From NCBI RefSeq assembly GCF_024521635.1, contig NW_026250404.1, positions 1,736,001-1,800,000 of the forward strand: a stretch of 64,000 bases of DNA. Direction: 5' to 3'. The DNA is from Tricharina praecox. Taxonomy: Eukaryota. Position numbers and translations under genes: made by a program. Positions 13,503-27,724 of this stretch are shown piece after piece; position 1 is the first letter of the stretch, and the number at the start of each line of letters is the position of its first letter. Under the pieces are notes generated by a model. It did not search any database. It saw nothing but the letters and a program-made list of their open reading frames with translations, and was not told where the DNA came from.

Positions 13503-13808
13503 ACGGCATGGGATGGGCTAGGATTTGGGCTTTCGGCTTTGGGGGCTTCAGGGGATTTGGGCTTCGGGACTTTGGGATTGACATGATGGTGGGTGGACGG
13601 TGCAAACGGCGTTTATTCTACTTCAAGTTCTATTTATTTGTTTCTCTTTGATTTCCCTTAAACCGGGGGCGAACAGGCACGGAGGGCTGCCGCAGCAGCT
13701 GGGTGGATGGATGGATGAGCGGAGGTTTTTGGGGGGGAGGGCTTTTTTGCGGGGGAGGCTTTTTTTTGCGGGGAGGTCTTTTGCGGGGGAGATTTTTGAG
13801 GGGAGTTT
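13469..13808 (+). repeat. Poly-G tract (32 G, 13469-13500) and degenerate (T4-8)GCGGGGGAGG array (about 13719-13808)
   Basis: Directly visible. Confidence 0.85.
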
Positions 13809-16800
13809 GTCCGTTGACTACATCTGGTTTTTTTTTTTGCAAACAAAAAAGTTGTTTTGTCAATTGGCATAATCCTACGGAGATGGTCCTCGGAAGTTGA
13901 AAGTTGAAAGTTGAAACTACTCGTGTGCGTATGTGGGAAGTGATGTCCGACTGACTGACTGACTGGTGCCTTGCCTTGCTTTGCTTTGCTCTATCTCTCT
14001 CTCTTCCCCGAATCTTTTATCAGGATTCATCGACCGTGGGGTTGAGTTGTAGGCATTGGCCACGTCTCGGAGAGTCGGAGGATTCGCTTCCCACAGGCCA
14101 CAGCTTGATAGCACACTGCGGCGAAGGAGGCGGAGGATGGGAAGAACCAAAAACCAAGGTAGAGCTGGCTGCCAGGCAGGTATATGGCTAGATCATCCAT
14201 CGATCATCACGACGTCAATACGGTACGTACTCTACTCTACGTACTCTACATGTACCCTCCCCTCCCCCGGGCCTCAATCGACAGCCACATCCAAATCGCA
14301 TCACATCACGATCGCCTTCGCCTCTTCAGGTTCCAATACAGCTGCCCCAACAATTCCAGCCCTGCACAGCACCCTGACGGACCTTCACCAGAACCAGCGA
14401 GCTAGCTGTAGCCAATAGGAAGCCCTATCGGCAGTATCACAAGCTATCACTCGCCAGTCGGATCCGGTCGCGAATCACAAGCCAGAGAGCCCCCGGGGGT
14501 AGGGAGCTGTTTTGTGTTGGGGTGGGTTGGGTTATGGGGAGGGTAACAAGGGCAGCGAGGGAGCATAGTGCACACAACACAGTGCACAACACACCGGGCC
14601 GGGCACCAGGCACCAGCGGGTACAGACCAGACAAGACAAGACCAGACAAAACAGTGTGGAGCGTGGAAGAGGCAATCTCATAAACAGCCACGATCTACCA
14701 AGGTGTCCAAGGACCAAGAATCAAGGACCAAGGTGATCAAACAGAAACAGAAACAAAAAGCCCGGGGATTTGGGGGGGGGGGGGGGGGGGGGGTTTGGAA
14801 TCCGACCAACGACCGGGGAGGATTAAAATGAGGAATACAGTATGTAGGTATCTACTTTAGCGGTGGGTGGGTTTCATTCCTTTCCTCCCTGTAGTTACAT
14901 ACCTCTCGCTCACGGGATTGATCAATGATTTGATGGTGGTTCAACAGTTGTATGTATGGCTGTATGTATGGATGGACGTACTCATGGATGTATGGATATA
15001 TGGATGTCACACCCTGCAGGAAAGGAAACGAAAAAGCAAAGAAAAGCACTCAGATAAGTTTTCCCCGAGCCGGAGGCAGAAAGAGAGAAAGCAAATAAAC
15101 AGCTCAACGGTCGCCAGAAATAGAGTGAGTGGAGAAGAAAGCTGGTGTCAGCTCTAGAGCAAAAGTTGACGATAGCCGTTATCACTATCGCATGGCCCGT
15201 CGTACACGTGTATAGAGTGGAGGGAATTGCGGTTGGATTAGCGTTGGGTGTCTGTGTGTAGGTATGTGGTAGGTGTGTGCATCCCGTCCCCGCACTGGAC
15301 TTCCCGTCCGTGAGCTTTCATCGTTGCCGCTGGAAGGAACGGAGGCCACGGCGGATTCCGGTTAGGTGGTGATTGGGCTGGCGAGGTCGGATGGACAGCA
15401 CATCAGCACGGAGAAAGACATCACCGGATCGATGTCTCAACTGTCGCCAATCTAATACTAACCGGACGTTTATCGGTCCGGGGACGGACGCGGATGCGGA
15501 CGGTACGGGGGGGATGGAGGGTGGAGGGGGGATTTTCGCATGTATTCCTACGTCTTAACTCTGGGGGGGGATGAGAAGAGCTCTGATTGAGCTTGTGTTG
15601 GAGATGGCATTGCATCGTCCTTCCAATAGCAGTTTCGGTGTTATGGTCATATGGCATTTCTTGGTCGGGTTTGCAATGGATGGTATGGATGGTATGCGGC
15701 GCCATTAAAGTTTCCGCGAGTGGGAGTGCTGTCCATACATTTACGCAGCACGGGAATATCGATCGGCAGCAGAAGGTTTGAACGGCTCGCGAGGAAAACC
15801 GATATCCATGACGACGGGTCTGCTGTTGGCATGATGCATGCCTCGAGAGTGGAGGAAACACGCCGGATGCCAGTGCAATAAGATGGTTAGAGTACCTAGG
15901 GACACGACCGGCTGCGACTGTTGAGCTTCGTTCGCTTCCTGCAACAAGAAGCGAGACCCGGGTCATATCGCCATCGGTGGGGACCATGGAGACATAGTCG
16001 GGTGATATGTGTCTAGTTGCCGGCTCGATGATCGAAGATGTTGATCTGGCGTCAGGAGAGAAGATTGACCGACTGTGGTGGGTTAAACGTGTCGATAGTT
16101 ACTGCTGGGTAGGGTTGTGGTGGCTTGGGCTGAGCGAGCGTGGGCGCATGATGGAGGAGGAGACGAATGGCATGTTGACGAACGAACCAGCTAGATTGGT
16201 AGGTAGTCATTGTGGTCCGGGATCGTCGTCATGTTACGAGAGGAGTCATTGCTGAGCTTGTTTAGGATTTGTTTGGTGGTGAACGCGGTTGTCGGCTGGG
16301 GTCTGAAGAGTTATTGGTTGTGTGGAGTGGGGAGAGGACAGAAGTGGCTTTGGGCGGAGCGAGGAGGTATGTCTTGGCACCGGTTTGATGATGGCATGAG
16401 TCAAGGACCTTTTCTGGCAGCACAGCGAATGAAGTGTCCTTTTCAGCTGAAACTGCATAAGAGCAGCGAGTTGCGAGCAAGACACTTTGCTCCAACCCAC
16501 GCGCTTCATCTGCTACCTACTCGAGACCTCGCCGTCACTTGACTTCCACCCATCGTCATCGCAATTGTCGTCGCAATCATCATCAATTACTCCCCGATCA
16601 AGCTCCTGCAATGTACGTAAAATGCCTCCTTCTGGCCAATAACAACAAGCATCCCACTTCGAGTCCTGTTGCGGCTAAGCTTTACTGATTTGGACTAGCG
16701 CCAGTCCACGTGAGTCAGCAAAAACAAAGCCCCACTGCTTCAGTCGCGGTAGTGAGCTGTCCTTTTTCTGCCACATCGCCTCTACCCCCCAAGCCAACCA

Positions 16801-16959
16801 GCCAGCCAAGCTCTGAGCCTCCTACCCTCCTCCATCCATCACCCCATCGCCAGCTTCAATCCACACACACCCAAACTTCTCACCCGCTTCCTCCACCTCC
16901 ACCACACCAAACTACCCAACCCACCGACAACCGCCCTTCCCCCAGCGCATCTTCACAAC

Positions 16960-17323
16960 GTGAGTTCTTCCTTCTCGAGTCCTTCGGATACCCCTCATTT
17001 GTACTGTTGCACTTTCTTGTCCTCGATCCCCTTCTACACCCCCCGCTTCAGGGTCGCACCCTTTACCTTGTCGTCCCCCTCTCCCCCTTTTGGGTGCGAT
17101 CACGAGAGGAGCTTAACGAACCCGCTGCCGACAACACGTGATCGTGGTCTTCCTCTATCCCCCCATCCTTCCCGTCGCAAGTTTTCTTCCCCCCGTTGCC
17201 TTGCATCTGCTTGATTTCCATTGGCCACCGGTTCCGCCACGTGCGATAGCCGACCGTCTGTCGTCTCACGACTCTACTATCATCGACTCAACATGTTGCT
17301 AACCCAACCTTCTCGATCTATAG
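16960..17323 (+). other. Probable 5'-UTR intron of ARF1
   Basis: GTGAGT at 16960, GCTAAC branch near 17298, TAG acceptor at 17323, 40 nt upstream of the ATG. Confidence 0.65.
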
Positions 17324-17363
17324 CACACTTCCCAACTACACGCCTACCGAGTAATCCTTCATC

Positions 17364-18350
<987 letters not shown>

Positions 18351-21300
18351 TGGGGCATGCGGGAAAATGCTTTACGAGTGTGCTTATGCCCGAGAATTGC
18401 CGTCATGTTAACGAATCCGATCCGCCACCACCGACCTCTTCATTTTTCTTCTCGTACACTCATTGTTCCGGTTCCTCTTTTCTTTTCTTTTTGTCTTCCT
18501 TCTCCGCTAGTGCATGCCCTCTTCGTTACATAGTTTTTTTCAAATGAGCAACAAATGTTTTCTCGTCGAAGATAATTCCAGCAGTCTTTTCCAGCGAAAG
18601 AGATGTTTGGGATTCGGAGATGGGGGAGTATGTGCATGTGCTGTGGAGTGGGAGGAGTGCTCTACATGGAAGTAAAAGCCGGGGTTGGGGTTAATTCGTA
18701 GTTTATGGGAAGGTGGAAATTCGTCCTAGTTATTTCTTTGCTTTTATTTTTCCGCTTCTGCTTCCGTCCGTTCTCACCCTTATTTTCTGCTTCGGTGCTG
18801 TGCTGCTTGCAGAGTCTACTCTCTGTTGATTTTGAAGTTTCTGTTGACGCAAAAGAGATAGATTGATTGAACTGAGTTTTTTTTTTCTTTCTCTTTGAAT
18901 TTTTGCTTTCTTTCTCTTTGAATTTGTGCTTTCTTTCTTTTCTTTCTTTCCTTTTTCTTTTTCTTTTATTTAAAGTTTTTTTGTGAGAACTTTGAACTTT
19001 GAAGTGATGAAAACGGTGATGAAAACGGCATGCTCTAACTACAACATGGCTCGGACAATGCTGCCCATCCCGGACGGACCAACCAACCAACCAACCAACT
19101 GTGTGTGCTCCGCGACCGCCCTGGTTTTGGTTTCCTTTCCGCACGCACGCACGGGTTGGTACGTTCAGAAAAGCCTATGCTAGGTAGGTAAGTACTCCGC
19201 CTTGGTAGAGTACTCCGTGTTGGTCTATGGCCCATGAGTCGAGTGTGGCATGCTGTTCTAATTTTGTGTGGCTTCGTACTTCGTGATGTCTAGTTCTAGT
19301 TCTGGTTCTGGTTCTGGTTCTGGACCGTAGTTACTTGGTAGTTACACCCCAGAGTTATACCCCAGCAAGGGCTGCTGGGACCGGAACGAGGCTGCGTCCC
19401 GGAGTACATACATAGACCATCACACATTATCTGGAGTCTGCACTTTTACGCAGTTACGCAGCGTGGAGTACGGGTACGGGTACGAGGACAAGGACTTTCA
19501 CTGGCAGCACTGAGTACTGAGTACTGGCCATCCATTTCCGTTTTTTGTTCGCGCTGGAGACGGCGGGAGACGGCGGGAAGTGCATAATTGTTTGAACTTT
19601 GCACATACACAGGTCGGTATGTGGGGTGAAGTCGGGTCTCAGGAGGTATGTATGTATGGAGTACATACATAAATAAGTACATATGTACGTGTCGTGACTG
19701 TAGCAAGTTAGCAACAGATCAGATGGCTTGCATGCGAGGATTGATGAGAAACAATGAGTGAATGTAAATGCCGGCAAGTCGACATGCGCCGTCACTCCGT
19801 GGGGGGAGGGAAGGGAAGGGGTTTATGGAGAATTCCCGGCTCACGATGCACGCACGCAGCCTGGCTGGCCGGAGGACACGCCGGTACCTACCTACCTCCC
19901 CACATACATACATACCGGTACAGACGAGCATCAGTACCAACCATGCCAAATGGATCGAGGTAAGATACCGGTACCTTGTGGAGCGAAGCGGTGGCACGCA
20001 CCCGGGGGGTCGATGCAGTAGTAGTGAATACGGAAGACCGGCGACGGAATCGGCTGGGGCTGTATGCGCTGTTCTGCAGCCGGCAGATAGTCAACACCGG
20101 CGTGCGGCGGCTGCCCCCATTGGCCTCTGCCGCTCCCGTAGCGCCCGGCGTGTGGTGCGGCCCGCAGACGCACATACGCTGGCGGTGCATGTGTCTGTCA
20201 CACCCCTCTTGTACAGACATCGTGATGAAAGACGGGCACCCCTAATGCAGGTCGTGGGTGGGGAGGGGAAGTGGGACGTGGGCGTGGCCGAATACTGACT
20301 ATGTATTGTACATATGTATCTCGAGGGGATCGGAGCGCATGATCGGAGCTGCATAACCACTATCGACACGCCCGCGCCGGTAGTTGGCTGTGCTTCCAGG
20401 AAGGAGTGTTATCACACCAGGTGTCCGCTCCCCTTGAGGCCGGCCGCCCTTCTCCCTCGTCCGTCCGTCCGTCTGTTCGCCTCACGGTGGTGGTGGTGGC
20501 GCTCCAGACAGGTAGGTAGGTAGATGAGCAACCATCCAGACATCCGATTGCTTGCGGATGCGATGGATGCGATGTTCAATTCACGATAGCGCATGCGAGG
20601 GAGGGCGAATGCAACCGTCTCATCTCGGCTTGCCGAATCCATATGTATACTCTAACTGCTATTCATCGATGGTGAGAGTGACGATGCCACGATGGGGGGG
20701 TGGGAGTTGTACAAAGTATGCACGCCCAGCACTGTGAATCTGTGACCCTGCAGCCGTGACTGGACTCAACCTATTAGCTTCCGTTGTGACCGAGACCCGG
20801 GGGGGGGGGGGGGGCAGGCTTCTTGATGGGACGAGACAATTCACTCACTTAAGACCTTCAACCGCTGGTCAGTTTGAGTCCATCTCAACGATGGTCAACA
20901 TGCAACAGCTCCCATCCGCCCTCGTTCGTCCCATGTGTGCGCGTGTGTGGTGTATGGGTGTATGTGTGTGTGGTGTGTGGTGTCTGGGAGTGCGGTGTGT
21001 GTGTGGGTGGGATTGCGAGTCCGCGTAATCTGGGAACTCGAGATCGGGCGGGTTCTCCCAATCGCTGCAAGCTGAGACGCAGTGTCACTTGTCTCCCAAC
21101 CACTGGTCCAGTCTTTCGGGAGGAGGATAGTATTCCTCGATCTGGTTCCGTGGATGCAGTGCTGGACTGAAACGTCTGCTGGTATTACTTTATAGTACCC
21201 CGTGGCCGCCGCGGGTGTCGTCGATCGTCACCGCGAAGACTTTCGCTGGGGAGGTATGGAGTAGGTTAGGTGTGTAGGTTAGGCGGGTTAGATAGGTTAG

Positions 21301-21496
21301 GTGGCTGGTGGGTAGGTAGGTGCCTGGTGGGTATATGGGTGGGTGGTTAACTTAGAACTAGTGGCTGGCATGCTGCAAGGAGGAGTCTCCGTCCGTGATA
21401 GCACGATGCATCATTGAGTGGTCTGTGGAGAAAAATGGTGGCGCTGTGAAGTTGACAGCATTGACAGCATGTAAAGTGGTTAGTACCCACATGCTA

Positions 21497-22082
21497 TCCC
21501 CTACATGTCCGGGGCAGGAGTATACCTGTTACAACTCCCTAGCGTGGCCTAATGTGGACTGGCGCAGAAAGGCGACAACGAGTGATATCAAAAGCATTCC
21601 GCGAGTGGGCTCTTCCGCAAAGCAACATGTGTAAATTAGTACAAACAGGCTCTCCAACATTATGAATCTAGCAGCGTATATTTCCACTCCCCTTCTCCTG
21701 AAGCTTTTCTAAACATTTGACAGTGTACCTAGTACCTGGTAGAGTCCGCCGCCGCCCTCGGTGTAGTAGTATTCGCCAGCGGCCTGTCTGCAACCTGACT
21801 GCCTGTTTGTGACTCGAGCTTCCCGGCCCAATAACCTCTGTATCAGCGCTGTTGCTCATTTCTCTGGTATTGAAACAATGCAAAGTATGCCCGACTAGGC
21901 CCGTTTAGGAGGTGGCAGTGCGTCTACACAACCACACGGCTCACTGTCTCGATTAGTTTGGCTGCAGCTGTGCTGGTAGCAGTCCCGGTTGCTACTATGA
22001 CAGTCGCCATCGCCACCTCTGACCCACGGTACTTCAAACATCCGCGGTAACAGGTATACTCCCGCCCCGGACATGTAGGGGA
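21497..22082. mobile_element. Non-autonomous DNA transposon/MITE with terminal inverted repeats and TA target-site duplication (Tc1/mariner-like)
   Basis: 21494-21532 (CTATCCCCTACATGTCCGGGGCAGGAGTATACCTGTTAC) is the reverse complement of 22047-22085 with one mismatch; TA flanks both ends (21495-96, 22083-84); no intact transposase inside. Confidence 0.8.
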
Positions 22083-24401
22083 TAGTTATCCGTCAGAGTT
22101 GGTGGTGGTTTTATGCAAGCCACCACTGAGGGATGCCGAATCCCGTGATTCACTCACCCATAAGAACACGACATATTGAATCAATGTCTCACTCACTGCT
22201 GCGACACCTCACCGTGGTAACTATGATCGACCAGTTTCATATCCCCCCAATCCAGCCGCCCCACACAGAGGAAAAAATTGTGAAGAAGCTGTCGGGGTGT
22301 GGGGGCTGCGGTCGTGATCGCAACATTCCCGAATTCTCTCCCTTCTTCTGGCGGAGTTAATGTTGGTGTTGGTGATAGTGGCGCCATGGAGTACCCAAGT
22401 ACGGTGCCCTTCTATCTCTGCCTCCGAGTCGGAGTTTCATCCAGCATCCAACATCCATCGTCCAAGGGCAAATAGTTAGATCCTGTTGCCCGCCTTGGTG
22501 GGCGTCGCACAGACCCGACCCGTCCTCACCTTCCAATCCCCAATCCCCATATGCTTTGCTTTTTCACCCGCAGCTAGGGGAATCCCCGAATCCCGACATC
22601 CAGCAAGAGCCACCACCACAGCTTAGCCCAGTGCACCACACCTGCACCCAGCAGTCTCCTCACTGCGCAGCGGCTCGCTTCCACGGCACTGAAAAAGTGT
22701 CCGAGTCTCCGAACTTCGATATCGATATCGATAAGCGTAGTTAGCAGTTAGTTACCACTGGAACCTCAACCCCCCCTCCCTCCCATCCACCCCCCTCCCA
22801 CAATCCCATCCCCCAATCCCCGGACCCCGACCCCATCGCAGTGGGCAATCGAATCGAATCGAATCGATGAAAAAGAAACCTAGGTGGAACACACACACAT
22901 ACCTGGCTGGATGGAGTTGGGGGAGGTTGGGTGTACGAGGGACGGGGGAGGGGGGATGATGGGGGCGGATGATGGCGAGGGAGGGTTTACTTTTGATGTT
23001 GTCACGATAGATTGGTTATGCATCCAGTATGATGTATCCAGTGCGCGGCCGGGCAAGGTCTTAGGTGATGAGTTTTTCACCTCAACGAGTTGAGTTGGAT
23101 GGACCCGGATCGATATCCGCAGATACATATGATACCCACCGTACGTACGACTACATGTTTATGTATGTAACTACGGATAACTAACCACCGTAGTCAGCCC
23201 ACCTGTCAGCTGGATGAAGGAGGACTCCAAGAGTCTAAGAGTCCAAGCCTCGTCGTCAGGTCAGCTGTGGCCGAGTCCAATGGCTTTGTACACACATACA
23301 GAGTTATGTACCAACGGGCCTTTGAGTCCTTGAGTCCATGACTTGTATATGGAGTAGACTACTATGGAATTTAATATCTATAGTATGCACCCACTCTACA
23401 TACTCTAGGGTACATGAAGGACCTGGAGTTCTCGCGGAAAACGCCGTCGGAGCTACGCGAGACCCGCTTCGATACCACAGAAGCAGGCTGGATTGCAATC
23501 CTGTGGTGTGGCATCATAATTCCTCGGAAGGACTTCTCTGTCCTGACTGCTGGTTGGCCAATTGGTTTTAGTGGTATAACCAGCCACATATGACCTGACG
23601 TGCTCACGAACGATCACTCGCAGCGCTTACCTTGAAGACGGCGACCTCAGCTCACGCATAGACGGGAGTGCCGTGAGCCGAAGTCGGGCCACGATAGAGT
23701 TCCGTGCCACATGCCGAAGACCGGCTCAACTACGTGCATGGCATTTCCACTCTGGCCATTGAGCTCGCATCCAGGCCATGTGCGAGTGCAATGGTGGTGG
23801 GACGAGGTTCGATTGCACGGCACGATACGGTACTACGGCATGGTATGGTATGTACGTGCGTACATACCTCCAAGTACGCAGGCAAAGGCGGAGGACAACA
23901 GTTGGCGGTTAGCGTTTAGGCCAGGCTGTACTCTAGAGATTGCCGCTGCCGCCCAGCGCCGACGGCGTAGGACCGATCGATCTCCCCGAGGATCACCCAC
24001 CGTCTCCGGGCCTATCCGGGTCGTTCCACGGCCGTCCATCCAGAGGTCCGATCGTGCCACGAACGCCCAGCGATCCGAATCATCCGATCATGCCACGAGT
24101 CACGGCTGTGCTGAGATCTGAGCTGGCTCGCACAGCTGGATACCAAGACTCGATTCAGCCAAAGCGCATCCCCCCCCCAGACCCGCCCCGACACGCAACC
24201 CTTGCTCAAGTCACGTTCGTTAAGGTTCCCAGCCCGCGAAAGTGATGTATCATTCTTAACTTGCAGCATAGCCGACATGCTCGCTGCCCTAGGTAAAGCA
24301 CCCAACCCAACCCCCCGGTAACGTATGTAAGTGCCTACTGGCCTCCGGACCCCGCGATCCATATCCACCTTTCCTCGCGTGGCCCTTTCCTTCCTTCTTC
24401 A

Positions 24402-24977
24402 CTACTGAACGTAGTCCACCCACAGCCACCTGATCCGGACACTGCAGGCCTTGTCCTTCTTTGCACCGCTCACGATCTGCCCCCCACATGAACATCAGCA
24501 CCATACTCTGCCATGCTAGTTGTATGCTAAGTCCGCAGAATATCATACCTTCCACCTTCCAGGGGAGCCCGACAGCCTACAAGCGGACCAATCATCCTTT
24601 CCCTTGACACTCAAAAAGTGTCTTCCATAGTAATCGCACCCGATCTCGAACGGGCCCGTGACTGCGTTCGCCGGGGGGTGCGCCGCAAACTCGAGGCCGC
24701 CTGCCGGGGTCAGGTAGCCTTGGTACATGAACACCTTCTTCTGGTCGACGACGCGGCGGTAGAGCCCGCCGGCGTGGAAGTGCGCGAGCAGCGGTGAGGG
24801 AAGGTGGATTCCCACTGGGCCCACGGTGCGAGTGGACACGGTGAGCAAGGTGTTGTTGAGACTGGGGGACGTGGCGTTGAACGTCGTCAAAGTGAAGTCG
24901 GTGTCTTCCCGGATGGTGCATCGGGCCGCCACAGTTACGGCCAGGAGCAGGAGCGTGAGGAGCTGCGGGAAGATCAT
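24402..24977 (-). CDS. Small secreted protein (about 167 aa, 4 Cys), cell-wall-protein-like; exons 24977-24549, 24476-24402
   Basis: Signal peptide MIFPQLLTLLLLAVTVAA; N-glycosylation sequons NAT/NNT; intron 24548-24477 (GTATGA...GCTGAT...CAG) gives the C-terminus WSACRLSGSPGRWK-IVSGAKKDKACSVRIRWLWVDYVQ*. Confidence 0.8.
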
Positions 24978-25987
24978 TTTCACTGATTTTCACTGTTGGT
25001 CGTCGATGTGCGGGAGGGACAGGGGCACTGGGGCCTCCCGGGATTTTTATACACACCTCGAATCGTCAATTTCCACTCGTTTATCCCCGCATGCGTCCCC
25101 CATCCCCCCTCGTATCGAAAATCTAACGGCCTATGCAGGCCCTGTTCAGTGTTACACCTACATACTTGCAAGTTACGATTCCACGATGGATACGAGCCTA
25201 TCCAGCTGAGATGGGCTATATTTACACCAGAATGTACGAGCACGATCATGCTGCATCCGTCTCGTGCCGCCAGGCCGCCTCAACGAGTTACGGGTCAATC
25301 CCGCTCGCAGCTCGCTTCGAGAACTCGGCAATCCAGATCTTCCACTCCATCCACAGCCGCGGTCACGTTGCATGATTAGAATTTAGTACTCTTTCGCCTG
25401 GGATTAACGATACAGGTTGTACCGTTGTGGTGGAATATGTTGCTGCCAAAAATAGGTGGGCAATAGGGGCAGCCGGCCCGTTGCGGCTGGTGTGAGACAA
25501 AGCACGTGGCTTGAATCGTGGGTTGATTGATTGATTTGTCGATGTCCATGTCATTGAGGGGGGCTGGCCGCTTTTGATTATCAATGGTGATGGTGATGGT
25601 TACAATGGTTCATTTCGGTGTGGACCTTCTCCCGGATCTATGCGGGACGAGAATGGAGGAAATTCGCAATCATAGGCCTGGGGCCTCCCTCTTTGCACAA
25701 TTGGAAATTACTTGCTTTCCATGGCTCCCGTAGGCCGTGGGCACTGGGGGCTTGCCATTCCTCATTCTCAGAGCCCTGAAGTTCACTTCTAGGTAATCTT
25801 CCGACTTTCGAGGTGAGGTTGCGGGACGGATATGTAGGGAGGTGGAGGCGGAGGCAAGGGGAGGTTTCTTTTGGGTGGCTCAAAGCTGTGGGAACGAGTG
25901 TGTTCCTATGAGTAGTCCACTAGCCGTTCGGAGGACCGGTGGTGGGTGCTTGGAATATTCTGTGCGGTATTAGCGGGTCCAAGTTTG

Positions 25988-25989
<2 letters not shown>

Positions 25990-26022
<33 letters not shown>
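25990..26022. repeat. (TC)n microsatellite
   Basis: Directly visible. Confidence 0.9.
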
Positions 26023-26027
<5 letters not shown>

Positions 26028-26539
26028 GTACCTGTAGCTCCTAAAATCGAACATACCACTTCACTTCTCTTCATCTCTATCGTTCCAGTAAATCACCTCC
26101 ACGGGTCCTTCCAACAAAAGTCCGTCGCTCGCTCACCATTTCTTGTTTCCCAGTTCATCATCCTACTCTAACTACTCTATACATTCTAGTTATGCTACTC
26201 TACACTATCTACTGAAGAAAAGAAATATGTATGTAGCAAAAACATCGTCCCAGTCAAAAACCTGCCATTAAGCATAACGCCTTCCCCACCATATGTACAA
26301 TCTAAGCAAGAAATATCTACATGATCTTGAAGAACGCAACGACTCCTCAGGTACCCAACCCCCGGTGCTAATTGCGTGCGTGTGTGTGCTAAGCATCGGA
26401 CCGAGAGCTTGTATTACCGCCAATTATGGCGCCCCGTTGATTCTTTTCGATATTCCCATCGCAATCGAAAAGCCGTTCTACCGAACCATTCCGCATGCAC
26501 ATCCCGCATGCCATCTCACTCGACCTTTCCTTCCTGGTA

Positions 26540-27647
26540 CCTATCCCGGCGCACAAACCGCCAGCAAATCCTCCAGCGCAGCTGCCCTCTCGCCGCGGTG
26601 CGGATTCAATTCAAGCGCCGGCCTTTGCAATTGTTCGAACGCAGGACTAGTCGGCGACTTCGGTGACTGCGGTTCCAACTTCCGGCGGCCGCATGGTACC
26701 TAAGGTACCGGGACGAGGCCCGTCCTCATCCCGTCGAAACTCTTAGAGCTCTACAGTTAGCTGGGACTTGGTCCACCCACACCGCTAGAATGCAGCGCAC
26801 GACTACTGCGCAGTCGGCGAGTGGGATCGGCTTGGTCGCGGCGCGGTCGCGGCGAGGCGGTGGAGTACAACCCCGAGGCGATGGGTAATGGAGGAGGAGC
26901 TTTGGTGCGGATCTGGTTGGGAGGTGGGGGTTGGGGTGCTTCCGCTTGTCGTGCTTCGGCTTGAAGTGCCAGCCAAAAGAGCCATGCCATCGTCACTACC
27001 ATTCCCGCCGCCACTTCCTCGCAGCATCGTTTTCTCACTCGCCAGGGCATCCCGATAGGTGATTCGTCGATACCAGTTTACCAGTTTACCAGCCGCCTCA
27101 CAAACCCTCGCCACCCGCATCTCCTCGCTGGGGACAGGACATCCGCTCTAGCAACGACTCATTCCAGGAGGTTCATGTACTACTATAGCGGGCAAACTTC
27201 GTGGCAGAGTCCCTGGGCGTGGTGTAGTTGATGTTATTGATACTTACTTATATGTGTATTTACTCGCACGGCAACGCATAGCAACGTATGGCAACGTATG
27301 GCAACGTATGGCAACGTATGGCAACGTATGGCAACGTATGGCAACGTATGGCAACGTATGGCAACGTATGGCAACGTATGGCAACGTATTTAGAGTATGG
27401 ACCGAAGAGCTGCATACATATCGTGTTGGCATCCATCCCGCGCCATCCCGTGCAGCTTATCGACCAGCTCTTGGAGTCTTCGACAGCGGTGATCACGGCG
27501 CTGCCGGGCTCATCGGGCTTGCGTCTTCCGGCCGGCGGCGACGGTGAAGCGCACGTGCGGCTTCCGCGACCTCGGGGGCCGCCTGCGGGACGAGCCCGCC
27601 GACGACGGCTCGGCACCAGGTAGATTTCTCGCTGACGGGCTGGCCAT
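26540..27647 (-). pseudogene. Possible decayed or lineage-specific gene interrupted by stops and a tandem array
   Basis: Protein-like GC-rich segments on the minus strand: MASPSARNLPGAEPSSAGSSRRRPPRSRKPHVRFTVAAGRKTQAR*ARQRRDHRCRRLQELVDKLHGMAR..., ORF 26803-27120, and ...SPKSPTSPAFEQLQRPALELNPHRGERAAALEDLLAV; no recognised family. Confidence 0.25.
27271..27390. repeat. Minisatellite (GCAACGTATG) x12
   Basis: Ten perfect 10-mers plus degenerate first (GCAACGCATA) and last (GCAACGTATT) units. Confidence 0.97.
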
Positions 27648-27693
27648 CGCTGCGGAGGATCGCGCCGAAGGGGGGTTCGGGATGAAGACAGCG

Positions 27694-27724
<31 letters not shown>

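Noticed and set aside
15300..16235. Minus-strand pseudogene divergent from ARF1 with stops resembling C-to-T decay
   Set aside because: Stop density is not clearly below random expectation and no family was recognised.
27244..27623. ORFs with ATYGNVWQRM / CHTLPYVAIR repeats
   Set aside because: Translation artefacts of the 10-bp minisatellite.
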